Origin: Heterodontus francisci
Taxonomy: Eukaryota
DNA length: 64,000 nucleotides
Assembly: GCF_036365525.1 (NCBI RefSeq)
Contig: NC_090387.1
Location: forward strand, 89,321,691 to 89,385,690
Direction: 5' to 3'
Both the position numbers and the translations under genes were made by a program. The notes under the pieces are model-generated. The model made no database searches. It was given only the letters and a program-made list of their open reading frames with translations, and was not told the DNA's origin. Positions within the stretch are counted from its first letter, which is position 1. Every line of letters starts with the position of its first letter. Below, in pieces: positions 14,101 through 23,810 of the stretch.

Positions 14101-14190
14101 TACAACTATCGCAACATTTCTCTTGGCAGCAGGTTGTTCCTTAATAGAATCTTTAACAGAGGTCCACGCTTCAAGTGCATTCGCCCCTAC
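8190..14190 (-). mobile_element. Decayed endogenous retrovirus-like gag-pol (Zn knuckle-PR-RT-tether-RNase H-IN), interrupted by a CR1 at 10453-12499
   Basis: Manual minus-strand translation gives CFHCGKIVHSAQNW (13998-14039) and the protease LLDTGSPVTII (about 13560-13595). RT: FSTVDISNGFWS...YKFAFTF...YTWTCLQQGFHNSPTILH...KYVDSILLAT...QAGLKVNP (about 12550-12870). Tether: PFHLEVAS...LTAVLCQE...YSTCEGHVLA (about 10050-10200). RNase H: VSVDSS...SQSAEI...VNIWSDSAY (about 9550-9760). Integrase: FHSYTIGGH, GPWTHLQIDFIGPLP, VIDQFTKWIEAF, HHPQSS, QGPFPI (about 8200-9105). Many stops and frameshifts. Confidence 0.88.
10453..12499 (-). mobile_element. CR1/HER1-type LINE, 5'-truncated, with a 5-bp TSD
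   Basis: RT ORFs at 11405-12526, 10896-11327 and 10552-11070, and a (TTCTATG)n tail at 10453. GACTT is duplicated at 10448-10452 and 12500-12504. Near-identical to the element at 1-1989. Confidence 0.95.
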
Positions 14191-15052
14191 CTGACGCCAG
14201 GGTTCGGTCGCTCGGGTTGAAATTCCCATTGCACTCCTAACCGTTGGGATGCATCTAACTGCACTCTTAAAGTTAAGTTGATTTTCCCCTTCGGATGAAA
14301 CGTGAGCTGGATCTGGTGGAAATTTTGAAGGGATCGGACGATATATATGTGGAAAAATTGGAGGACCACTTCATGGCGGCTCGAGGTGGGGGGTGGGGGG
14401 GGGGGGGGGGGGGGGAGGCGGGATGGGGGGAATCCCTTACTTCGACTATTTTTACTGGTGGTGACAGAACTGAACATTTCCATTACGACCCATACACCTC
14501 CGACAGGCATGAAATTGGATCGGATACCAAATCCGAAATGGCGTCTCCTTTATCAACTGCGGATATAAATGCATGCTCTCTTTTCAATTCCCATTTAGTT
14601 CATATATTTTCGCTTGACAACGGGAGTGATCCTCCCGAGACTGTTGTTCATTGTTATATTATCTCAAGGCGCCTCCAGCATCCTTTATATCAGACTTAAG
14701 TAATTAATTTTCTTGCTTACTTTCAGCATGATGTTGCCTAAACTCCTGCGTTCCAGCCATAACTGCATTTCCATTCCCTCTCACATGACTTTGTTGACCT
14801 AACAGGTTGCTGTTCTGTCCGGGTCTCGTTCCCAATCAGGGATCCATAGTTTTAAATTAGCTGCTTCTATTGGAGCTCTATCTCCTTTTCTAACAGCTGT
14901 TTTAATTCTTACATCACTTGATCCATAGTTTTGATGATACCGTCATCCTTAGTAGCACAAAAATAAGCGCTAAATGGCAGAAGGTTACTGCCTTTCGCGG
15001 GCTTACATGTTTTACTGTCGACTTTTCCTTCAATAGAAGTAATAACATCGTG

Positions 15053-15315
15053 TTTGCCTTTGCTCCATGGCCTTCTGGTCAGCTATTCTGTGGCCTTGTC
15101 CAATCTACACCTCCTTCGTTATCTATTGCCCATCCCCTTGTTACTTGCTTATAACCTTTGACATTTCTAATATTTGCCAGTTCCGAAGAAGGGTCACTGA
15201 CCGGAAACGTTAACTCTGCTTCTCTTTCCACAGATGCTGCCAGACCTGCTGAGTATTTCCAGCATTTCTTGTTTTTATTCCAGATTTCCAGCATCTGCAG
15301 TATTTTGCTTTCATT
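15053..15315 (+). mobile_element. Penelope-like element (family A) terminal-repeat fragment
   Basis: Same sequence as 42575-42845, flanked by ATAACATCGTG at 15042-15052 and 15316-15326 (TSD-like). Contains a hammerhead-like core at 15178-15218. Confidence 0.8.
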
Positions 15316-16779
15316 ATAACATCGTGAAACTATACTGTCGTTTTCTTTAGTTAAACATTCAGACGGCAGTAAAATAATTTCTTCACCGGACATGCGGGCC
15401 AACTTTTATTTGTACTGTGAGGAAATGGATTTCATTCTTACGTCTTTCTGTATTATCTTTAGCCCACCTTTCCTGAAATAAGTTGACAGTTACTTTTCTT
15501 TAAAAAAAACATTGCTAATCGGATATCCTTTTATTATCTTATGTGGCCTTGCACCCCTCCACCGCCTTTGTTCGGCGGAGAGTTTCATCTGTTGACTTTT
15601 TTTTTATTAAAATAAAACCACCCAGTTTGTATATATATTTGTTTGTATATATATATAAGATGGTACATAATGAATCCATGTGGATCCACACTGTCAATAA
15701 GTGGATATGCCGTCATGCCCGTTTCTGTGTTGAAAATAACAATTTCATACAGCGGAGCCAACTGCTGGAAAAAGTAGTTTCTACCTGGCCTCTTCTTAAA
15801 CCGCCAGCCTGTGACTAACGAATTTATAGTTTTTTTTAATGCATCTTGAGTATTTTCATTGAATTTAATTCTTGATTATGAAACCAACTAACTCAAATCA
15901 ACGTAACAAAATCAAATAAATGTCTTTTCGTACAAGATATAAGCAAAGCCAACGATGGACTCTAGAACAGTAAATTAAAAGAGAAAGTTTATTTTGAAAG
16001 GCAATACGAAACAGTGTTTTACAGCTTCAATCATGTGATGAGGCTAATACGAAGTTGTGGTGTTCCTCAAGGTGCTTTTTTGACATAATTCTTTCACATT
16101 ATGCCTTTCGAAGCATCCAGTACATGACTAGCTAGCCAAGATATCACTCGGAGTCTCTATTTTTATCCCTTTTTTGGGCGTCAGACCACCTTGTGGTTTA
16201 TCTGATGGTTGGTCCAGACCCTGTGATGTCGGTTACTATCCTACTGTAATTGGGGCTTAATTGATAAAACATTTACCAATAATTGAGATAAAAATCTATG
16301 AAGAGTTATATTCATTGCGATTGTTATCTCCTTACACAGTATGAATTTGCACAGAAGTTGATTCTTTGTTAGCCAAGCTATGCAATGTTATCAGGGTCAC
16401 AATATTTTTTTTCTGTTGACTTTGTGTTACAATTTAAAACTTCATTTTTAGTGTTAATACATTTAAATTAAAACGGATTCTTTCTATTAGGATTGTTAAT
16501 TCATTAATTACAGCTCAATCCATGTCAATTTCCATGTGTGTTTTTTTTGATGGGTTACTACTTAATACATTAATTTGATTGATGCAGTTGCTGATCCACA
16601 ACACACAAATGACTCATTTGGCCACCTATCAGTACTACGATGGCTTACTTGATCTTGCTAGCTTACTGCAGCGAATGCAATACGGAATTAATCTAAAGAT
16701 GGTCTAGTTACACTAAAAATGTACTACCTAGGATTGTTTTCAACACATAACTAACAATAGAAACTTGGGCAGGTCAATA

Positions 16780-17225
16780 AGGGTTGAGCATAACAACTTG
16801 GCCCATTATGGCAGTAAAATTGTAGAAATATTGAATAATTAGTTTGCCTCGGTATGTAACAGTGAGGCAAATATGGCAGCCATGACATTAGAAGATGAGG
16901 TCAAAAATGGCATGAGGACGTTCAAAACGGAAAGCGGCAGATATTGGATGCAATAATCAATGTAGACCGGAAAGAATCCCTGTCCAGATGGGTAGAATCC
17001 TCGCATATCTAAACAAGGCAGGGAGAGAGAGCATTGGCAATGCTACATGATCGTAAAAAATTCTTAGACAATTGAATAGTATTAGAGGACGGTTTGATAT
17101 CTAATATAATTTTTTTATTTGGAAAGAAGATACAAAAACTACAGGGAAGTACAGAACAATTAGCTTACCATAGGTAGGAACATTTTCCTACACCTTACTG
17201 AAAGATATAACAGAAGAACAAATCT
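16780..17225 (+). mobile_element. Degraded CR1 ORF2 fragment
   Basis: ILNN*FASV-like and NYRxxSL-like remnants. Confidence 0.55.
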
Positions 17226-18165
17226 TTGGCCCAGATTTTACAGTGAGCGGCGAAGGAACGGTTCCGTTCATCTTACTGATTGGTCCCTAGAGAGTTTTCC
17301 TGAGCTTCTCAATTCCCTCAAGTTCCGCGTCATTTTCAGCGAGGCACCCTCTGGAGTGGCTCTGTCGAGTATGTGAGCAGCGCAAGCAGCAGTGCGGCTC
17401 TGTAACCAACCAGATTGAACAACACTCACAAACCAGCAGTGTTTAAGCCAGGAAGTATACAGCAGGAAATATAAATAAAAATTAAATTATGTTCAGAAAG
17501 CGAAATAAAAATTGGGAAATACACATGGGATTATGGGCGGTAAATAAACGGCGGATAAAAAAAATTAAAAATACGTGCATTATTTTTTATATTCAACACT
17601 TGCTGCCTAGAAATGAGATTCTATACCTGCAAAGAGAGAAAACCAGTGTCAAAGAGATTTTTCAGCACAGACTATCACGATCAGATCATTAAAAAGTCAC
17701 TTACTCATGAATGCAGCAGCCCCAAATATTCTAGAAGTTTTTAGTGCCCTACTTGTGAGTAAGAATGGAATATCCATGCACTGCTGTCATCTTATTGCCA
17801 AGACTAGCCTGCAGGTATGAAATAGCGCGCACTGTGGAGAAGAAGGATATCGCTCATACCAACGTCTGCATTTCCACATGCAACTTCGCATGTGTGGACG
17901 CCATGTTTTGCTGCCAGATGTACCCCATAAGAAAGGAGTTTGCCGAGAGCCTTGCAGTTATTATTGTCGCAAACTTCGGACCATTAATATTATTCGTTCA
18001 AAAAGTGGCGGTTACCTCGAAATGTAAAGTTGTGCCCATTTCTATAGAAATTTATGGTTCTTCCTTCTGCATAGGATGGATAACTATGGTAAACCGGTCC
18101 GTGCAGAAAGCCGCGTGAATATCACCCAACAAAAGGCACTCAATTCTGAACGCGCAGAGACCGGG

Positions 18166-18223
18166 TGACGAACGTCATCGTGACGTATTCCATATTAAAT
18201 AAATTGAAGATCATTCTTACAAA
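18166..18223 (+). promoter_or_regulatory. Putative proximal promoter of IgSF gene 1 (CRE half-sites, TATA-like box)
   Basis: TGACG-AA-CGTCA (18166-18177), TGACGTA (18181-18187), TATTAAATAAA (18193-18203) and TTCTTACAAA (18214-18223), the last also present upstream of gene 2. Confidence 0.5.
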
Positions 18224-18276
18224 TCAGGATGGATTCATCACATTCAACGAGGGACTGCAATAATACGTTGTTCATA

Positions 18277-18331
18277 ATGCTGAAGAATAAGCTGGCTCTG
18301 TGTCTCTCAGCTTTGGGGATCGTTTACGCAG
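18277..18331 (+). CDS. Gene 1 exon: signal peptide MLKNKLALCLSALGIVYA
   Basis: Hydrophobic leader, phase-1 donor GCAG|GTGCCT, homologous to the leader at 59516-59570. Confidence 0.8.
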
Positions 18332-21300
18332 GTGCCTGTTAATTTATTTACTACCCAGTCTCACTCAACATAAACATAAACTATGTAGTTATTGTTTTCA
18401 TTCATAGACATACAGCTGCATTAAACTTTTTTTTAGCCTTTTTCTGTCCCTGGGATGTATTATAAGTAATTTTACATTGTTTATATTTAATAGTTTCGGC
18501 AGATACTTCAATCGAAGTGGTTCAACTTCCTGAAAGTCTGGCCTCAGTTCAAGGATCAAACGTTACTTTTCATTGTTCATTACCCTCCATTCAAGATAAC
18601 TCGCAGGTGAGCATCGACTGGTCGAAAGAAGGTGACGATAAATACTTAAGTACAGCGACTGATCAGCGAAAAGTATTTGGTTTCATAAACAAATTCAACG
18701 CGTTTCTTCAGATCGCCAATGTACGCTTCCAGGACGCTGGAATATATTACTGCACTGTCAGTTATCAGGGATACACTACGAGAAGCCATATTGGATCTAA
18801 TTTAACTGTATGGGGTGAGTATGGAGATAGCGCAGAATATACGATGCAATTCTGACTTATAAATTCATGTTAAATGGACCAAGCGTCGGAGAATATTTGC
18901 AATGAATATAACAAATCAGTATACACAACGGAATATTGGAAGTCAAATATTTCGTGCAAGATTTCATGTTACAGATAGTACTTCATTCTTCACATTATCA
19001 AATCTGGGCTACAGAAATATATTTGCCCAGCTGACTGGCAACAAATAAGACCGTTAGTTCAATGTGCCGTTGCTGGAACTACAATAAATTCATTTTCATA
19101 GTTATATATTGCAAATGGGATTGCTGCACACGTAGATAGCGATTATCTTCTCCACAATGCAACATGTAGCAGCGCAATGTTGCGTGCTTTACCATTTTCC
19201 GGAATGTCAAGAGCATGCACAGAAAGTAATTACATTGAAAAAGTCTTGGCAATCTGCAATACTGCCAGAATTTAAATCGGTGCAGGAAAAGGCCGACGAT
19301 TGTTAGTCAAGTTAGAAATTCTTCCTTTTTTCTCATCTGGTCTGCCCCACATACGGCGCTCATTTTTTTAGAATTCACAGGAATACGAGTATTTCCACAC
19401 GTCCACTTAAAAAACGCGGCAAGTGGTCATAAGCAAACGGTAATAATGGTTCGTAAATCCCTAAATCACGTGTGTCTTAATAATTTAATATATGACAGCA
19501 TGTCTATCAATAAGGGTGTTAGTCTTGCTTGTTTTGTGTTCTGTTTTATAGTACCTCCAACTGCAGTGACAATTGTCTCCAGAGAACCTGGAAGGGGGTC
19601 AGCATTGTCCCTGACACTTGTGTGCCAAGCGGCTGCATTTTACCCGGACGTTATTAACTTCGGCTGGTATAAAGATGGCATTGAAGTTACAACCGGGATA
19701 TATGTCATTCAGCAGCGAAACGCAGGCGGCCTGTATGAAGCTCGCAGCTATTTGGAAGAGACACAGCCTGTTCAGAGCGGAACTGTTTATATCTGTCTGG
19801 TATCACACATCACATTTCGGACTCCGTTAACTGTCACGCATGTTATTACATATCCTAAAGCAGGTACGTGGCCAGCACTATAACTGAGATATTCTAACTT
19901 ATTTGTCATCAAAGACCCCATTCAAGTCAATACAAAACATAATTTGTTTTCCGAAAAATTTCGAGAGTATATAAAATTACAGTTGCAGCAAAGATTATGG
20001 CTCTATTATTTTTGCAGTTAAGTGCAAAAAAGACACAAGACCTGGAATTAACCTTCTGCATGTATGAGGTTCTCTTCGCATTACCAATGATACATATACA
20101 GTATTGTTTCCCTCGTTCAAAAATGTCCATTTTCCTATTTTCATGAATGGAATAGCTTTGATTAGATGTTACGGTGGTAGGCGGTAGAGGCGAGGCGATG
20201 CAGAGAATGATTTTACCATTTAGCACGGATCGAGAAAAGAGTGATTATGAGTTGGCAGCCCGTTTTACACTTCGCTTCATTTCCTTACCAATCGACTGCA
20301 ATTGCCTCACTTTAACGGGTTCCGCACTTTAAGAAGGACGCCGAGGCCCTAAAGAGCGCGCAAAGAGATTTACTGAAATGGTAACTGAGTCAAAGATTTC
20401 AATTACATGGAGAGATTAGATAGACACGGATTGTTCTCCTTAGAACAGGGACAGTTAATGCATGATGACAGAGAGGCGTTCAAAATCATTAAATGACTTG
20501 ATAGACGAATTGAGGAGAAACTATTTCCCGTGACAGAAGGTCTGGTACCCAGAATTTACAGACTTAAGGTTATTAATCAATTAACTACAGGGGGCATAGG
20601 GGAGATGTTTTGCTATAGCTGTACAGGAAATTGGTGAGATCACATCTAGAGTATTGTGTACATTTTGATCTCCTTATTTAAGAAAGGATTTAATTGCAGG
20701 TCAGAGAACGTTAATTCGATTGATTCCTGGATGCGAGGGTTATCTTATGATGAAACGTTGGACAGATTGGGTCTGTAGTTATGGGAGTTTAGAAGAATGA
20801 GAGGTGATCTGATTGCAACATATAAGGTCTTGAGGGGACTTGACAGGGTGGATGTGGAAAGGATGTTTCCCCTTGTGGGGAAATACGGGGTCTCCCATTT
20901 AGTAGAGATGCTGAGTTTTTTTTTCTCACAGAGTGTCGTGATTCTGTGGAATTTTCTTCTTTGGACAGCGGTGGAGGCAGTGTCATTGAATGTTTTTTAA
21001 GGTAGAGGTAGACATTTTCTTGGCAAATAAGGGATTCAAACGGTTTCGGAGTTAGGCAGGAAATGGAATTGAGTCCATACACAGATCAGCAATGATCTTA
21101 TGGAATGGCGGTACAGGCCCGAGGGGCAGAATGGCCTACTCCTGCTCCTTGTTCATATGTTTGTATGTTCATTCTTTTTGAAAATCCCTTCCTTTCTCCA
21201 AAAGGAGCTATGATTTCTGAACTCTCGAAAATAGCTTTATAAATAGCCGCCGCTCCAACTAGGTTAATAGAAAATGTATCTTCATTCCTCGGGCTGCAAC

Positions 21301-21597
21301 AGTATCACTAGTATTTCCCGGTTTCATAAATCAGTACTGTATAAAAAGAAACCAGAGATGGTATCGTCGTTAAATCATGGCTGCTAAACTACTTTACTGT
21401 GTAATTATAGAAAATGCGATTAATCCCGCAAATGATTTTTAAGTTTGCGACTGTGTTATACTTTCCACAATGTCTAACATTTTTCTGTAATTTTTTTAGG
21501 CAATTATCTGCTGATTTCTGGATGTATAGGATATAGTCTGATATGTCTACTATTCTTTGTCTTAATTTGGAAGCGACATCAATTAAAGGAAATGTAA
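18277..21597 (+). CDS. IgSF receptor gene 1: leader-V(J-joined)-C1-TM, about 261 aa; join(18277..18331,18494..18814,19552..19863,21500..21597)
   Basis: Four exons joined by GT-AG phase-1 introns give a continuous frame from ATG to TAA. An in-frame upstream ATG at 18229 is a possible alternative start. Confidence 0.85.
18494..18814 (+). CDS. Gene 1 exon: Ig V-set domain with the G strand in the same exon
   Basis: Acceptor taatag|; VVQLPES, NVTFHC, IDW, LQIANVRFQDAGIYYC, GSNLTV; donor TGGG|GTGAGT; 321 nt. Confidence 0.93.
19552..19863 (+). CDS. Gene 1 exon: Ig C1-set domain
   Basis: Acceptor ttatag|; LTLVCQAAAFYPDVINFGWYKDG, GLYEARSYL, YICLVSH (the C1 signatures FYP and YxCxVxH); donor GCAG|GTACGT; 312 nt. 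Confidence 0.93.
20320..21170 (+). mobile_element. CR1 3' fragments in intron 3 of gene 1
   Basis: MRGDLIATYKVLRGLDRVDVERMFPLV (20797-21000) and a CR1-type tail at about 21110-21170. Confidence 0.8.
21500..21597 (+). CDS. Gene 1 exon: transmembrane segment and very short tail (GNYLLISGCIGYSLICLLFFVLIWKRHQLKEM*)
   Basis: Polypyrimidine acceptor ttttttag|, an approximately 21-aa uncharged hydrophobic stretch followed by a KRH stop-transfer motif, TAA at 21595-21597, and donor AG|GTAATT at 21600. Confidence 0.8.
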
Positions 21598-22849
21598 AGG
21601 TAATTTTCCGCCATTTCTGTAAACTTTCATAGTAGCTTTATTATTTATTATTTCTTCACGCGACGTGAGCGTCGTTGGCAAGGCCTGCATTTATTGCCCA
21701 TCCCTATGTCCTTGTCCCATTTTAAACAGTGACCCATGAAAATATAACTTCCTGCTTTGAGAAGGGACAGTAACTTGACTGCACACTAAAATGTACGAAC
21801 GTGGGGCATCATCAGGATAACAAGAATGGTTGGTATTACAACTGGTTCTACATAATAGAATGTGATCATAACTCATAACTGTTGGTTAGTGGATCTGTCT
21901 CTCTCTCTTTCTCTGTCTCTATTCGAATTTCTAACAATATTCCTTCGTAAATATGGTCGTCTCGTTTGAAGTAACATCAAACACATCAACACGGATTCTT
22001 CGATCAAGCCTTGCTTTGTTTAATTGAATGGAGTGCATTGCGTATATAATTTGTCACCTTGACAGCTAGCTGGAAATAATTAAGAATCTCCAGCTTGATT
22101 TTGAGGATCTAATTCTATTCTTTGAAAATGTCCAATTCCTGTGTCTCTAATCATAATCACATTGTATGATTCTGCAGTCCAATTAGAACTTTACACATGC
22201 TTTCTAAAAATATTTAATTCATTTCAGTGCTGCATTCACTCGCTGTTTGCAAGAAATAGAAGAAATGGAATGGGAAGACTTTCGAGCAGGAACAAGAACA
22301 ATTTCGAATAATGTAGATTTCTCTGAAAGATTGCGTCGATTACTTGTCAAATGTGTTTTCGAACTATTAATTCTTCAAAGTGCTAATATGATATCACTCA
22401 TTTGTGGATTGTGAGCTTAAGAATAAGCATTAATCAACCGAATTGAGTATGTTATAAGTTAGAGTAGGTTTGTTTCGTTTCAAATAGACAACCTATTGAA
22501 GTTATTAAGGTTGCCAGATGAGCTTTATTTTTATCTGAAATCACTCGAACCACGACATACTTTTTTTCCCGACAGTCTGTGCAGGGAGCGGGTATCCTTT
22601 TAATAGCTCCAAGAAATCAAAAATGTAACGGCAAGAATATGGGGGAAAAAATGGTTTAAAATCACGTAACCCACAGAAAGGAAACAATTATTAAATCATG
22701 TTACAATTACTAAAACAATACATATTTCCAGGATGGATATTGCTCAGGTTAGCTGCTATCAAGGCCCATTACGCACAGCCTAAAATCGTTATGATGCCAC
22801 AATTTCATTGCAGATTTTAGAAGTTTCGGATCAACAACAAAATGAACAT

Positions 22850-23810
22850 AATACAGAATATAGGGCCAGCAGTTGTACTACGCGTCTGCTCTGCCGTTCA
22901 ATTAACACATGGCTGTTCTGTATGTTACCTCCATATTCACGCCGTGATTCTCTAACCGTTGATAAATTTGCTTCACAAAATCTTATCAAACTTTTGAAAT
23001 TTTTAAATGATCTGTTTTCAACAGCATTTCGAGAGAGTGAATTCCATTATATTCACTCCTGGTGCGTGCATTCCATCCCTGTAATTTAATCTTATTAGCT
23101 CCGGTACTATTCCGGGGAAGCTGTACTGTATCCTGTCTAAGTCCAACATATTATTCCTGGGGTGCATTGCCCAGAACTATATGCAGTAATCCATATGTGG
23201 TATAACGAGAGTTCTGTGCAGTTTTGCCTTAACTTCCAACCGTTTAATATTCCAGAGCTCGTGAGATAAAGGGCATTTTATTTTTTTTAAGGTAGTGTCC
23301 AGTAGATGTAAGTGTTTTTTTAATTTGAACCACAGATCACTTAGGTTTAAAGGAGAGGAATTTAGACTTTGCCGCTTTGATCTCTACCTGCTACAATTTT
23401 GAGTAATCGCTGAATAGGTTAATGTCCCCCTGCAATTCCCTTTTCAAGTGTGCACTATTAACGGAGCTGCACAAATCATGTCGTGCACAAAGTAAAATTC
23501 ACGGTTCTCGATACCCTCATCCAAGTAATGTCGAAATAAATTGATGTGTACATCTGTACTGATGCCCGAGGTCCACCGATAATCAGAACCGGCCAGTTTG
23601 AGTGCATATGCATTACGTATCTTTTCTTTCCTTCATTGAAAGCAATTCTCTCTCAACGCCAATAGGTTGCCTGGAATTCCATGGTCTCTTCTTTTGAACA
23701 ATTGCTTATATGTGAAAATGTGTCCAGTTCCTTCTAGCAACCCATATAATTGACATCTATCGACATTACTTTTTCTTCCACGTTGGATACCTCCTCAAAA
23801 AATCGATTAG
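22850..23810 (-). mobile_element. Old degraded CR1 fragment
   Basis: Minus strand reads LIDFFEEVSNVEEK..IDVNYMG (degenerate LIEFFEEVT...VDVxYMDF). Confidence 0.6.

Noticed and set aside
14187-14699. Gly/Pro-rich ORFs over the poly-G run
   Set aside because: Low-complexity artefact with no domain motifs or splice support.
18815-19551. Possible RSS or separate J segments after the V exons
   Set aside because: No CACAGTG-spacer-ACAAAAACC was seen next to either V exon, and the G strand is already in the V exon, followed directly by a splice donor.
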